Positions 1-9,822 of a DNA stretch of 64,000 bases are shown one piece after another. Made by a program: the position numbers and the translations under genes. Source of the DNA: Bacillota bacterium (lineage in GTDB: Bacteria > Bacillota > Sulfobacillia > JBFMBV01); the NCBI GenBank assembly GCA_040755005.1, contig JBFMBV010000002.1:13761-77760 (forward strand). Reading direction: 5' to 3'. Position 1 is the stretch's first letter, and every line of letters begins with the position of its first letter. The notes beneath the pieces were generated by a model. It was not told the DNA's origin. It worked only from the letters and a program-made list of their open reading frames with translations, and ran no database searches.

Positions 1-747
1 CTCTCCCTGGGGCTCGTTGACGCCATCGCCCCCAACAGCCTGGAGGCCATCCGCGGCCAGGGCTTCACCGGGAGTGTGCGTGAACTCCAGCCCCGCCCAG
101 CGGAAGTCGCCGCCCGCTTCCTGACCCACCCCGCGGTGGCGCCTATCTTGCTGACCGTCGGTTTGATCGGGCTGGGCGTGGAGTTGTTCGCGCCGGGGTT
201 CGGCGTGCCCGGGTTCATCGCCATCATCAGCCTGACCGCGTTCTTCGGCGGACAGCTGGTGGCGGGGTTCGCCGGCTGGGAAGTGGTCGGCCTCTTCCTG
301 CTGGGCTTGGTCCTGCTGACGGTGGAGGCTATGCTCCCAGGCTTCGGCGTCCCCGGGGTGTTGGGCATCGCCGCGTTTGCTGCTGCGATCGTCCTGGCGG
401 CGCGCAGCGGTGGGCAGGCCGTCCGTTCCCTGGTCGTAGCCACCATTGCCAGCCTGATGCTTGGGGGTATCCTACTCAAACAGGGCACCAGGCGGGGCTT
501 GTGGCGCAGATTCGCCCTGCAGAACCGGGAACGGCCTGAGGAAGGGTACGTCGGACTCAGGCACGAGGCCGAGCTGGTGGGTCAACACGGTACGGTCGTG
601 AGCCCCTTGCGACCCGCTGGGGTCATCGAAGTGAACGGGCGCCGGCTGGACGTGGTGAGTGAGGGCGGCTTCGTCGCCGTCGGCGCGAAGGTGGAGGTTG
701 TGCGCTTGGAAGGGCCGCGCATCGTGGTGCGGCCTGTGGACGCTTAA
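1..747 (+). CDS. nfeD: NfeD-like membrane protein (YqeZ-type), 5' partial: open frame runs to window start; C-terminal TM segments and OB-fold region
   Basis: No stop codon from nt 1 in this frame; hydrophobic TM stretches followed by a soluble C-terminus. The flotillin gene lies immediately downstream, the classic NfeD-SPFH pairing. Confidence 0.65.
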   Translation, partial: LSLGLVDAIAPNSLEAIRGQGFTGSVRELQPRPAEVAARFLTHPAVAPILLTVGLIGLGVELFAPGFGVPGFIAIISLTAFFGGQLVAGFAGWEVVGLFLLGLVLLTVEAMLPGFGVPGVLGIAAFAAAIVLAARSGGQAVRSLVVATIASLMLGGILLKQGTRRGLWRRFALQNRERPEEGYVGLRHEAELVGQHGTVVSPLRPAGVIEVNGRRLDVVSEGGFVAVGAKVEVVRLEGPRIVVRPVDA

Positions 748-775
748 GCCTGCTGACTGACGAGGAGGAGAGTCC

Positions 776-1765
776 GTGGAAGTCATCATCGTGGCCATGA
801 TCGCGATGGCCCTTGGCATCATCGCCCTGTCGGTCCTGTTCAGCTTCGTTCCGATCGGCCTGTGGATCGCCGCTGCCGCAGCAGGGGTGCGCATCGGCAT
901 GACCACCCTCATCGGTATGCGCTTGCGCCGCGTGCCGGCGGCCCGTATCGTCAACCCGATGATCAAGGCTACCAAGGGCGGCGTGGACATCAACATCAAT
1001 AAGCTCGAAGCCCACTACCTGGCCGGCGGCAACGTGGACCGGCTGGTCAACGCCCTGATCGCCGCCCAGCGCGCAGCCATCAGGCTCGAGTTCGAGCGGG
1101 CCGCCGCCATCGACTTGGCCGGACGCGACGTGCTCCAGGCCGTCCAGGTCAGCGTCAACCCACGGGTCATCGAGACGCCGGTCGTAGCCGCCGTGGCGAA
1201 GGATGGCATCGAGCTCAAGGCCAAGGCAAGGGTCACAGTGCGGGCCAACATCGAGCGGCTGGTCGGCGGCGCCGGCGAGGAGACCATCATCGCTAGGGTC
1301 GGCGAGGGTATCGTCACCACCATCGGTTCGTCCGACAGCCACAAAGCCGTGCTGGAGAACCCGGACACCATCTCCCGCACCGTGCTGGCCAAGGGGTTGG
1401 ATGCTGGCACCGCCTTCGAAATCCTGTCCATCGACATCGCCGACGTGGATGTGGGCAAGAACATCGGCGCTGAACTCCAGACCGACCAGGCCGAGGCCGA
1501 TAAGCGCATCGCCCAGGCCAGGGCCGAAGAACGCCGCGCCATGGCCGTGGCCCGCGAGCAAGAGATGAAGGCCATGGTCCAGGAGATGCGGGCCAAGGTC
1601 GTCGAGGCCGAAGCCGAGGTGCCTAGGGCGTTGTCCGAAGCCTTGAGGTCGGGCAAGTTGGGGGCCCTCGACTACTACCAGCTGCAAAACCTCCTGTCCG
1701 ACACCCAGATGCGGGAGTCCATCGCCCGCGGCGGCCCCAGGCCCGAGCTGGGCGACAAGAAGTAG
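776..1765 (+). CDS. floA: Flotillin-like protein FloA (SPFH/band-7 family, YqfA)
   Basis: N-terminal TM segment; SPFH-like core (...[33 protein letters not shown]...); A/E-rich coiled C-terminus. Sits downstream of nfeD as in B. subtilis yqeZ-yqfA. RBS-like GAGGAGGAG precedes the GTG at 776. Confidence 0.8.
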   Translation: MEVIIVAMIAMALGIIALSVLFSFVPIGLWIAAAAAGVRIGMTTLIGMRLRRVPAARIVNPMIKATKGGVDININKLEAHYLAGGNVDRLVNALIAAQRAAIRLEFERAAAIDLAGRDVLQAVQVSVNPRVIETPVVAAVAKDGIELKAKARVTVRANIERLVGGAGEETIIARVGEGIVTTIGSSDSHKAVLENPDTISRTVLAKGLDAGTAFEILSIDIADVDVGKNIGAELQTDQAEADKRIAQARAEERRAMAVAREQEMKAMVQEMRAKVVEAEAEVPRALSEALRSGKLGALDYYQLQNLLSDTQMRESIARGGPRPELGDKK

Positions 1766-1766
1766 C

Positions 1767-2111
1767 ATGGAATCGGCCGTTGGGCTGCTCATCTTCATTC
1801 TGATCATGGTTTTCCGGATCATGGAGGGCCTGAACGAGGCTGCCCGCAAGCGGCAGGCCCCGCCGCAGCCTGCCCGGCCTGCCCGGCCCGCGCCGGAGGC
1901 CGTGCCCAGCTCCCAGCCCCGCCCCGTCGCAGCGGTCCGCGCGCCCGCGCCGTCGGGGCCCGCTGCCTGGGTTGATGACGTGCCTGGGCCGACGGAGGAG
2001 CTGGTAGAGGCAGTAGCCTTCGACCTGGCCGCCATCCGTCAGGGCATCGTCCTGGCAGAGGTCCTCGGTCCCCCCAGGGCTTTGCGGAGGCACCACGGCG
2101 GGCGGCGCTAG
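1767..2111 (+). CDS. Small hypothetical protein with N-terminal TM helix and Pro/Ala-rich tail (occupies the yqfB position)
   Basis: ORF immediately after floA with a hydrophobic N-terminus; function unknown. Confidence 0.35.
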   Translation: MESAVGLLIFILIMVFRIMEGLNEAARKRQAPPQPARPARPAPEAVPSSQPRPVAAVRAPAPSGPAAWVDDVPGPTEELVEAVAFDLAAIRQGIVLAEVLGPPRALRRHHGGRR

Positions 2112-2127
2112 ACCGTCGCTGCAACCG

Positions 2128-2162
2128 GTGGCCGGCGCAGGGCATAGTGGCTCTGCGCCGGC
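2128..2162 (+). terminator. GC-rich hairpin (GGCCGGCGCAG...CTGCGCCGGCC) after the small ORF
   Basis: 11-bp perfect inverted repeat read directly; followed by TAGTTTAT. Confidence 0.35.
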
Positions 2163-2194
2163 CATAGTTTATCCCTAGCGAGGGGGATAAGCCG

Positions 2195-2485
2195 GTGGCG
2201 AAGGAGACGTGGCGTCGGCGCTGGCAGCGCAAGGTGGCTCAGGCCCTCGAGCTGCCGACCGACGTTGCCCTGGACGTCACCCGGGTGGAAATCGTGGGCA
2301 TGCTGCAGGTGAGCGTCACCAACCATCAGGGCTTGCTCCAGTTCACCCCGGAGGCGGTGGTCGTGGCTGTCGATCAGGGGTCCGTGACCATCGCCGGGGC
2401 GGAACTGGTCATCGCACTGATCGACGCTACCACCCTGATCATCACCGGACGCGTGCGCGGCCTCGCCTTCGCCGGGGAGGAATAG
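2195..2485 (+). CDS. yqfC: Sporulation protein YqfC (YabP family)
   Basis: About 96-aa protein with YabP-like beta-rich sequence (VEIVGMLQVSVTNHQGLLQFTPEAVVVAVDQGSVTIAGAELVI); GTG start; followed by yqfD as in Bacillus. Confidence 0.7.
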   Translation: MAKETWRRRWQRKVAQALELPTDVALDVTRVEIVGMLQVSVTNHQGLLQFTPEAVVVAVDQGSVTIAGAELVIALIDATTLIITGRVRGLAFAGEE

Positions 2486-2488
2486 CCC

Positions 2489-3655
2489 TTGGCCCGCTGG
2501 ACCCTGCGCTTCTGGCGGGGGTACCTGGAGCTGGCCGTAAGCGGCGGCGCCCCACACCGGTTCGTCAACGGCCTGCTGGCCAGAGGGATCGACGTCTGGA
2601 ACCTGCACTGGCACGGGCCGGTGCTGCGCCTGTGCCTGGCCTGGCGGGACTTCGCCCTGATCCGGCCGGCTGTGCGTAGGTCGGGCTGCCATGTGCGCAT
2701 CGTCCGCCGCAGGGGCCTGCCTACCATCCTCGGCAGCGTCGTGCGACGGCAGGGACTGCTCCTCGGCCTGGCGGCCGTGGTCATCACCATCCAGGTCGTC
2801 ACCGCGCTGATCTGGCGTATCGAGGTCACCGGGCTGAACCGGGTCCCCCGGGAGGCTTTGCTGCAGACGGCGGCCGGGGCAGGGCTCAGGCTGAAGGCCG
2901 TGAGACGGTCAGTGGACATGGACGCCGTCAGGGACGCGCTGCTCATCGCCCATCCGGAGCTCGCCTGGGTGGGCATCAGGCTCCACGGGACCCTCGTCAT
3001 CATCGACGCGGTCGAAAAGGCGACCGCCCTGCCCATCGAAGACCAGTCCCCTGGGGACATCGTGGCCGCCGTGCCCGCCGTGATCGAGAAGCTCCTGCCG
3101 GTCATCGGCGAGGGCTGGGCGCAGCCCGGACAGGAAGTGGCAGCGGGCGATATCCTCATCGCCGGGCGCATGTACGTTGACGGCTACGCCCGCAAGGCTG
3201 TGCGCGCGCGGGGTGTGGTGCTCGGGCGCGTGTACCAGCTGGAACAGGCGTCCCACCCTCTGACGGTCGCCGAGCGCATCCGCACCGGCACCCAGCAGAC
3301 CGTGCTTGTCTTCAGGGTGGGCAGCCGGGTTATACTCGTCGGTAAGCCGTTGTTCAGCCCCGAGGAGCGCGACGACCAAGTCGTCGGCCACTGGGTATTT
3401 AGCAGGAGCAAGTACGCTACCGTCGAACTAACCAAGGTACGTTATCATCACGTCGAAGTCCGCCAACAGACTTGGTCCCCCCAGGATGCCCGTGAGCTGG
3501 CGAAGGCGGCGGCCCTAGAGGCCCTGCGCGCCCGGCTGCCCGCGGGCGCAGTCATCGCAGCGGCCAGGTTCACCGATGTGGTAGACGCTGAGGTTGTCCG
3601 CGTCGAGCTCGATGCCTGGGTGACCATGGAGATCGGCGAATTCCGCAGGCACTAG
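2489..3655 (+). CDS. yqfD: Stage IV sporulation protein YqfD
   Basis: N-terminal region resembling YqfD (WTLRFWRGYLELAVSGG..RFVNGLLARGIDVWNL); one TM segment mid-protein; position after yqfC. Confidence 0.7.
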   Translation: MARWTLRFWRGYLELAVSGGAPHRFVNGLLARGIDVWNLHWHGPVLRLCLAWRDFALIRPAVRRSGCHVRIVRRRGLPTILGSVVRRQGLLLGLAAVVITIQVVTALIWRIEVTGLNRVPREALLQTAAGAGLRLKAVRRSVDMDAVRDALLIAHPELAWVGIRLHGTLVIIDAVEKATALPIEDQSPGDIVAAVPAVIEKLLPVIGEGWAQPGQEVAAGDILIAGRMYVDGYARKAVRARGVVLGRVYQLEQASHPLTVAERIRTGTQQTVLVFRVGSRVILVGKPLFSPEERDDQVVGHWVFSRSKYATVELTKVRYHHVEVRQQTWSPQDARELAKAAALEALRARLPAGAVIAAARFTDVVDAEVVRVELDAWVTMEIGEFRRH

Positions 3656-3678
3656 GGGGGTTTCCGCTTCTGCAGTTA

Positions 3679-4647
3679 GTGGACAAGCGTTTTCATGTGG
3701 AGGACAACGCGCAGGCCCTAAGTCTCTTCGGCAAGCAGGATCAGAACCTGCGCGCCATCGAGGCTGCTTTTGGCGTGCGCCTGGTGAGCCGGGGGAATGA
3801 AGTGCGGGTGAGCGGCCCTGAGCAAGATGTGCTCAAGGTCCTGCTGCTCTTCGAGCAGCTGCTGGAACTCACCAGCGACGGGCATTTCATCAGCCCCCCC
3901 GACGTCAACTACGCCATTAGGCTCGTCCGGGAAGGGCGCGGCGAGGACCTCGGCGAGCTCTTCGCCGAGACCGTGTGCGTCTCGGCCCGGGGGAAGCAGA
4001 TCCGGCCGAAGACCAACGGGCAGAAGGAGTACATCGAGGCCATCAAGGCCAACGGCATCGTCATCGGTATCGGCCCCGCCGGCACCGGCAAGACCTATTT
4101 AGCCATGGCCATGGCCATCGCCGCCTTTAAGCGGCGTGAAGTGACCAGGCTCATCCTCACCCGCCCGGCGGTGGAAGCCGGTGAGAAGCTGGGCTTCCTG
4201 CCCGGGGACCTCCAGGAGAAGGTAGACCCGTACTTGAGGCCCCTGTATGACGCCCTGTTCGACATCCTCGGGATGGAGACGTTCCAGAAGTATATGGAGA
4301 AGGGCCTGATTGAGGTCGCGCCCCTGGCCTACATGCGCGGCCGGACCTTGGACGACTCCTTCGTCATCCTGGATGAGGCCCAGAACACGACGCCGGAGCA
4401 GATGAAGATGTTCCTCACCCGCCTGGGGTTCGGGTCCCGGGCCATCGTCACCGGGGACATCACCCAAGTGGACTTGCCTAAGGGCCAGTTCTCCGGGCTG
4501 GAGGAAGTCCGTCTGGTGCTCAAGGACACGCCAGGCATCGCCTTCATCTACCTCACCGAGCAGGATGTGGTCAGGCACGAGCTCGTTCAGGCCGTGATCA
4601 AGGCCTATGAGTTGTACGAAAAACAAAGGGCGGAGGCCGCGCTGTGA
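3679..4647 (+). CDS. phoH: PhoH family ATPase
   Basis: Walker A GIGPAGTGKTYLAMAMA; Walker B-like FVILDEAQN; conserved PhoH C-terminus (IVTGDITQVDLP). Confidence 0.85.
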   Translation: MDKRFHVEDNAQALSLFGKQDQNLRAIEAAFGVRLVSRGNEVRVSGPEQDVLKVLLLFEQLLELTSDGHFISPPDVNYAIRLVREGRGEDLGELFAETVCVSARGKQIRPKTNGQKEYIEAIKANGIVIGIGPAGTGKTYLAMAMAIAAFKRREVTRLILTRPAVEAGEKLGFLPGDLQEKVDPYLRPLYDALFDILGMETFQKYMEKGLIEVAPLAYMRGRTLDDSFVILDEAQNTTPEQMKMFLTRLGFGSRAIVTGDITQVDLPKGQFSGLEEVRLVLKDTPGIAFIYLTEQDVVRHELVQAVIKAYELYEKQRAEAAL

Positions 4648-6779
4648 GACGCGGGTGGCACGCGGTCGAGGCCTCCCTGGGTGAACTCGCCCGCCGGCTG
4701 CCTCCCCTCTGGCGCCCATGGGCGGTCGCGCTGGGCATGTTCGCCGTGTTCAGCATCGTCCTGGTGAGCAGGGTGGTCCCGCCCACCGTCAACCTGGCCG
4801 TCGAGCAAGTGGCGCCGGCCGATATCACTGCTGGTAAGAGCATCATCAACCGGGTACGCACCGAGGAGGCCAAACGCCGGGCCGCTGCGGCCGTGCCTGA
4901 TGTGTATGAGTTGGACCACGCTGTGGTGTCGGCGGTGGAAGCGCAGATAATCTCCGTCATCGCGCAGGTGATGGCCGCCCGCGAAGCCCCCGGGACAGTC
5001 GAGGCGCGCAGCGAGGCCCTGCGGGCCCAAGCGGGAGTAGACCTGCTTCAGGGGAGCTGGCGCTATGCCCTCACAGCGTCCGCCGCCGACGTACGCGAGG
5101 CGGAAGCGGCGGCCAAGGGCATCATCCGCCATGTCATGGCAGGAGGGCTCAGGGCCGAGGTCCTAGAGGCCGCCAAATCCCAGGCGACGGCCGAAGCTGC
5201 GGCCCTGCGCCTGCCCGCCTCCGCCCGCAACTTCGTCGCTGACCTGGCCAAGGCTGCGCTAAGGCCCAACATGCTGTTCAATGAAGCCGAGACCAAACAG
5301 CGCCGCCAGGAGGCCATGGACGGGGTCACGCCGGTGCGCATCCCCAAGGGGTTCGTTGTCCTGCGCAGGGGCGAGATCGTGACCGAGGAACACATCATCA
5401 TCTTGCAGGACCTGGGGCTGCAGCGGGACGGGCTGGACGCAGGCGGTATCGCCGGGGCCCTGCTCGCCGCCGCCCTGCTAGTTGCCGTGCCTGTCGCCTA
5501 TGTATACCAGTTCGGGCGGAATCTGTTTAGCGAGTTCCGCCTCTTGTTCCTGGGCGGCCTCGTCACCAGCGTGACCCTGGTCTTGTCGGTCCTGCTCATG
5601 CCCCTGTCCGGCTTCCTGGCGCCGGTGGCCATGGGCAGCATGCTCCTGGCGACGCTGCTCGACCGGGGATTGGCCGTGATTCAGGCCCTGACGTTGGCCA
5701 TGGCCATTGGGCTGGTAGGAGGCATGGAACTAGGTTTCGCCTTGGTGGCCCTAGCGGGCGGGCTGGTCGGCGTGTTCAGCGTGCGGCGCATCACCCGCCG
5801 GTTCGACTTGATGCGGGCCGGCGCCCTCGTAGGACTGGCCAACGCCGTGATGATCCTGACCCTGGCGCTGATCGGGGCCGAGTCTGTCTTCGGCCTGGAT
5901 GTCGTGAAGCACATGGGGGTGGGCGGGGTCAACGGCGCCCTGTCCGCGGTGCTGGCCATCGGTTCCCTGCCCTTCTTCGAGGGCGCCTTCGGCGTGGTCA
6001 CCCCGACCCGCCTGCTGGAGCTGTCCAATCCCAACGAACCGCTGCTCAAGCGCTTGCTCGTGGAAGCCCCCGGCACGTACCACCACAGTATCATCGTCGG
6101 GAACCTGGCCGAGGCCGCCGCCGACGCCATCGGCGCCAACTCGCTCCTGGCCAGGGTAGGGGCCTACTACCATGACGTGGGCAAAGTGATCCGCCCGTAC
6201 TTCTTCATCGACAACCAGCACGGGGCGGACAACCCCCACGATCGTATCAGCCCCCATCTCAGCACCCGCATCATCGTCTCCCATGTCCGGGACGGTGTGG
6301 CGCTGGCGAAGGAGCACGGGCTGCCCCAGCCGTTGGTGGACATCATTGGGCAGCACCACGGCACGACGGTGGTGAGCTACTTCTATGCCCGCGCTGTCGA
6401 AGACGGCAAGTCCAAGCTGGCCGAGACCGACTTTCGGTACGAGGGGCCCCGGCCTGAGTTGCGCGAAGCCGCTGTGGTCATGCTGGCGGACTCGGTGGAG
6501 GCCGCCTCCCGGGCCCTCACCCGGCCGACCCCCGGCCGCCTGTCCAGCCTGGTGGCCAAGATCGTGCGTGACCGCCTGCAAGACGGGCAGCTGGACCGCT
6601 CGGACCTGACCCTCCGCGATCTGGACGCCATCACCGGGGCCTTCGTGCGCGTGCTGGGAGGCATCTTCCACCCGCGCATCGAGTACCCGAACGGGGGCGG
6701 CAGGCCTGAAGCCGCGGCCCCTGAGCCTGAGCCCGTGCCCGATGCTGCGGCCCAGGGAGGCAAGACCGATGCCCGTTAG
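4644..6779 (+). CDS. pgpH: 7TM receptor with intracellular HD hydrolase domain (YqfF/PgpH-like phosphodiesterase)
   Basis: Multiple TM helices in the central part; HD motif (YHHSIIVGNLAEAAADAIGAN...YYHDVGK); GTGA start overlap with phoH. Confidence 0.8.
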   Translation: MRRGWHAVEASLGELARRLPPLWRPWAVALGMFAVFSIVLVSRVVPPTVNLAVEQVAPADITAGKSIINRVRTEEAKRRAAAAVPDVYELDHAVVSAVEAQIISVIAQVMAAREAPGTVEARSEALRAQAGVDLLQGSWRYALTASAADVREAEAAAKGIIRHVMAGGLRAEVLEAAKSQATAEAAALRLPASARNFVADLAKAALRPNMLFNEAETKQRRQEAMDGVTPVRIPKGFVVLRRGEIVTEEHIIILQDLGLQRDGLDAGGIAGALLAAALLVAVPVAYVYQFGRNLFSEFRLLFLGGLVTSVTLVLSVLLMPLSGFLAPVAMGSMLLATLLDRGLAVIQALTLAMAIGLVGGMELGFALVALAGGLVGVFSVRRITRRFDLMRAGALVGLANAVMILTLALIGAESVFGLDVVKHMGVGGVNGALSAVLAIGSLPFFEGAFGVVTPTRLLELSNPNEPLLKRLLVEAPGTYHHSIIVGNLAEAAADAIGANSLLARVGAYYHDVGKVIRPYFFIDNQHGADNPHDRISPHLSTRIIVSHVRDGVALAKEHGLPQPLVDIIGQHHGTTVVSYFYARAVEDGKSKLAETDFRYEGPRPELREAAVVMLADSVEAASRALTRPTPGRLSSLVAKIVRDRLQDGQLDRSDLTLRDLDAITGAFVRVLGGIFHPRIEYPNGGGRPEAAAPEPEPVPDAAAQGGKTDAR

Positions 6780-7236
6780 CCTGTGCGACGAGCAACGCAC
6801 CCTAGACGTCGCCCCGTTCCAAGACCGGCTGGTGCAGGTGGCCGAGGCCGTCCTCGCGGCGGAGGGGCGGCCCACCGCCGAGGTGAGTGTGGCCATCGTC
6901 GAAGATGAGGCAATCCGGGAGTTGAACCGGGGCTACCGGGGCAAGGACGAGGTCACTGACGTCCTGTCCTTCTCCATGCTCGAGGAGGTTTCCGGCGAAC
7001 CACCTGTGTTGGCGGGTCCCGAGTACACGCTCCTGGGCGATGTGATCATTGCCGCGGGCAGGGCCCGGGCCCAAGCCGAGGCTTACGGCCACTCCATCGC
7101 CCGCGAGGTCTGCTTCCTCGTGGCCCACGGCATCCTGCACCTTTTGGGCCACGATCACGCGGACTCGGCCGCGGCCGCACGCATGGATGCCGCCGCCGAG
7201 GCGGCCCTCACCGGCGCCGGGCTGGGCCGGCGGTAA
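6769..7236 (+). CDS. ybeY: rRNA maturation endoribonuclease YbeY
   Basis: Metal-binding motif HGILHLLGHDH; size about 155 aa; start chosen at ATG 6769 (ORF track offers upstream ATG 6742). Confidence 0.85.
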   Translation: MPVSLCDEQRTLDVAPFQDRLVQVAEAVLAAEGRPTAEVSVAIVEDEAIRELNRGYRGKDEVTDVLSFSMLEEVSGEPPVLAGPEYTLLGDVIIAAGRARAQAEAYGHSIAREVCFLVAHGILHLLGHDHADSAAAARMDAAAEAALTGAGLGRR

Positions 7237-7241
7237 TGTAG

Positions 7242-7688
7242 GTGGCAGCCTGGCGACTGGCCCGCAGTGTCCGGGACGCACTGGCGGGTTTCGTTGCGGC
7301 GGTGCGGTCGGAGCGGAACCTCCGCATCCATTTGGCCGTCCTGGTCACAGTGATCGGGCTGGCCGGGGCAAGCCGCCTGCGCTTGGTCGAATGGGGTCTG
7401 CTGCTGCTGGTGAGCAGCGTGGTCATCGCGATGGAGCTGATGAACACCGCCATCGAGGCGGCAGTCGACTACACCGGCCCCGAGGCCCATCCCCTGGCCC
7501 GGCTGGCCAAGCACACCGCCGCCGCCGGCGTCCTGGTATCGGCCGCGGGGGCCGTCGCGGTCGGCGCTTTGGTCTTGGCCCCCTGGGCCCGCTGGGAGAT
7601 GCTCAAGGGCGGGCTGCACAGCCCCTGGGGACTGGTGGTCCTGGCCGGGGCCGTCCTGACCCTAATCGCTGTAATGGAGGTAACATGA
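7242..7688 (+). CDS. dgkA: Diacylglycerol/undecaprenol kinase DgkA
   Basis: Small 3-TM protein with the DgkA motif (ELMNTAIEAAVD); GTG start. Confidence 0.8.
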   Translation: MAAWRLARSVRDALAGFVAAVRSERNLRIHLAVLVTVIGLAGASRLRLVEWGLLLLVSSVVIAMELMNTAIEAAVDYTGPEAHPLARLAKHTAAAGVLVSAAGAVAVGALVLAPWARWEMLKGGLHSPWGLVVLAGAVLTLIAVMEVT

Positions 7689-8278
7689 ACCGCCTGCGGA
7701 CTTGGTTCATCGCGGGACTGCTAGTGGTCATCCCCGCGGCCGGTACGTCCTATATCCTGGTTGCCCTGTTTCGCACCCTGGACGGGTTGCTGGGCGGGCA
7801 CATCGCCGACCTGGTGGGGCGGAGGGTGCCCGGGGTCGGGGTAGCCGTTACCCTCGCCCTAGTCCTGCTGGCGGGGGTCTTCGCCACCAACTGGCTGGGC
7901 AGGCGGCTCATCATCGGCGTGGAACGGGCCATGGTGCGGGTGCCGGTGGTGCGCAGCATCTACACCACCATGAAGCAAGTGGCTGATGTGTTCCTCCGTA
8001 AGGCGGAGGACTCCTTCGCCAAAGTGTGTCTCGTGGAATACCCGACCAAAGGCATCTGGGCCGTCGGGCTGCTTACGGCGGCCACCTCCGAGGAGGTCTG
8101 CCAGCGCACCGGCCGGAATCTCGTTACGGTGTTCATTGCGACGACGCCCAACCCCACGTCGGGGTTCCTGCTCTTCTTTCCCGCCGAAGACGTGATCATC
8201 CTCGACATGGGCATCGAGGAAGCGATCAAGCTGATCGTGTCAGCGGGGTTGACCGGCGACAGCGGGACAAGGCGCTAG
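7685..8278 (+). CDS. DUF502-family membrane protein
   Basis: Start at ATG 7685 (ATGA overlap with the dgkA stop). Two N-terminal TM helices then a conserved soluble part. The long ORF 7049-8278 in the track is an upstream read-through artefact. Confidence 0.6.
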   Translation: MNRLRTWFIAGLLVVIPAAGTSYILVALFRTLDGLLGGHIADLVGRRVPGVGVAVTLALVLLAGVFATNWLGRRLIIGVERAMVRVPVVRSIYTTMKQVADVFLRKAEDSFAKVCLVEYPTKGIWAVGLLTAATSEEVCQRTGRNLVTVFIATTPNPTSGFLLFFPAEDVIILDMGIEEAIKLIVSAGLTGDSGTRR

Positions 8279-8337
8279 CACCGGTCTCGCGGTTGCCCCG
8301 CTGCACGCCACCGCAGGCCCGACAGAGGAGGCCCCCC

Positions 8338-8730
8338 ATGACCGACCATAACTTGATCAAGGAGGCTGCCGTCGCCCGTGAACGGGCCTGGGCGCCTTAC
8401 TCGCGCTTTCGGGTGGGGGCCGCGCTCCTGGCCGCTGACGGCAGCGTCCATACGGGCTGCAACGTGGAAGACGCCTCCTACGGCCTGACCATGTGCGCGG
8501 AGCGGGTGGCGTTGTACAACGCCGTCAGCCGCGGGCACAGGGCCTTCACCGCCTTGGCAGTGGTGGCTGACGCCCCGTGCCCTGTCTCCCCCTGCGGGGC
8601 CTGCCGCCAAGCCTACATGGGCTTCGCCCCTGACCTGCGGGTGGTCATGGCCAACCTGGCCGGGCAGGTCACCCGGGCAACCCTGGCCGAGCTGCTCCCG
8701 TCGGCCTTCCTGCTGCCGGACGGGCACTGA
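8338..8730 (+). CDS. cdd: Cytidine deaminase
   Basis: CMP/dCMP deaminase zinc motifs (CAERVAL ... PCGACRQ); 130 aa; RBS GAGGAG 8 nt upstream of ATG 8338. Confidence 0.85.
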   Translation: MTDHNLIKEAAVARERAWAPYSRFRVGAALLAADGSVHTGCNVEDASYGLTMCAERVALYNAVSRGHRAFTALAVVADAPCPVSPCGACRQAYMGFAPDLRVVMANLAGQVTRATLAELLPSAFLLPDGH

Positions 8731-9620
8731 TGGAGTACCTATCCGGTTTCGCCGCCATCGTGGGGCGGCCCAACGTCGGCAAATCCACCTTGCTCAACGC
8801 CCTCGTCGGGACCAAGGTCGCCATCGTCTCAGACAAGCCCCAGACCACCCGTAGGCGGATCCTCGGAGTAGTGGACGAACCCGGCGGGCAGTTGGTGTGC
8901 ATCGACACCCCGGGCATCCACAAGCCCAAGCACGCCCTGGGGCAGACCATGGTGGGCCAGGCCCTCGGGGCCCTGGCGGAAGTGGACTTGATCCTGCATG
9001 TGGTGGATGCCTCGAGCCGCCCGGCTGGTGGGGAACGCTATGTGGCCCAGCGACTGGCCGCAGTGGCCACCCCCGTAGTGCTGGTGTTGAACAAGCTGGA
9101 CCTGGCGCCTGACGTCAGGGCGGCCGCCCTCGCCTACGGCGCGCTGCACCAGTACACATCAGTGGCTTCGGTGTCAGCGCTGGCCGGCACGGGCCTGACT
9201 GAACTGAAACGGCTATGCTTCAGCTTCCTTTCCCCCGGGCCGCGTTACTTCCCTGAGGGGACCGTGACCGACCAACCCGAGCACCTGCTCGTGGCGGAGT
9301 TGGTCCGCGAACGGATCCTCCTGCATACGCGGGAGGAAGTTCCCCATGCCGTCGCCGTGGCCGTGGAGGAGATGACCGAACGCGCAAGCGGGCTGTTTTA
9401 CGTCAGCGCTGCGATCTATGTGGAGAAGGAGTCCCAGAAGGCGATCATCATCGGCCAGGGCGGCCGCCTGCTGCGCCAGGTGGGCCAGGAGGCCAGGCTG
9501 GAGATCGAGGGGATGTTGGGAGTCCGCCTGTACCTGGATCTGTGGGTCAAGGTGCGGAAAGACTGGCGCAACGACCGCCGGTCCCTGGCGGGGCTAGGTT
9601 ACGAGCCCGGTCGGCGGTGA
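8730..9620 (+). CDS. era: GTPase Era
   Basis: G1 GRPNVGKST, G2 TTR, G3 DTPG, NKLD (G4); C-terminal KH domain; ATG overlaps the cdd stop (TGATG). Confidence 0.9.
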   Translation: MEYLSGFAAIVGRPNVGKSTLLNALVGTKVAIVSDKPQTTRRRILGVVDEPGGQLVCIDTPGIHKPKHALGQTMVGQALGALAEVDLILHVVDASSRPAGGERYVAQRLAAVATPVVLVLNKLDLAPDVRAAALAYGALHQYTSVASVSALAGTGLTELKRLCFSFLSPGPRYFPEGTVTDQPEHLLVAELVRERILLHTREEVPHAVAVAVEEMTERASGLFYVSAAIYVEKESQKAIIIGQGGRLLRQVGQEARLEIEGMLGVRLYLDLWVKVRKDWRNDRRSLAGLGYEPGRR

Positions 9621-9822
9621 GGCGGGGGGTTGCCAGAGCGTGTCAGCGTGAGTATGCTAGCTGGGGGAAGACAGTCTAACCGGCGCAGTGAAGGGAGTGG
9701 GGACGGTGGACGTGGAGCCGTGTAGTCGCCATGCCGCCCAGACCCATTTGCGCACTGGCGGGAGCAGCCCCCTCTAGCTAAGCGGCCGGGGGCCTTCCAC
9801 CGGTGGGGGAGGTCTCCATACG

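Noticed and set aside
623-2035. Long minus-strand ORFs (623-2035, 1015-1656, 1623-2165 and similar) overlapping nfeD/floA
   Set aside because: Typical high-GC antisense ORF artefacts. Low-complexity Ala/Arg/Gly/Pro-rich translations with no recognisable domains, while the + strand genes carry clear conserved motifs.
7049-8278. 409-aa + strand ORF spanning ybeY/dgkA/DUF502
   Set aside because: Its first ~210 residues are an Arg/Pro/Gly-rich out-of-frame read-through of ybeY and dgkA. Only the C-terminal part from ATG 7685 (the DUF502 membrane protein) looks real.
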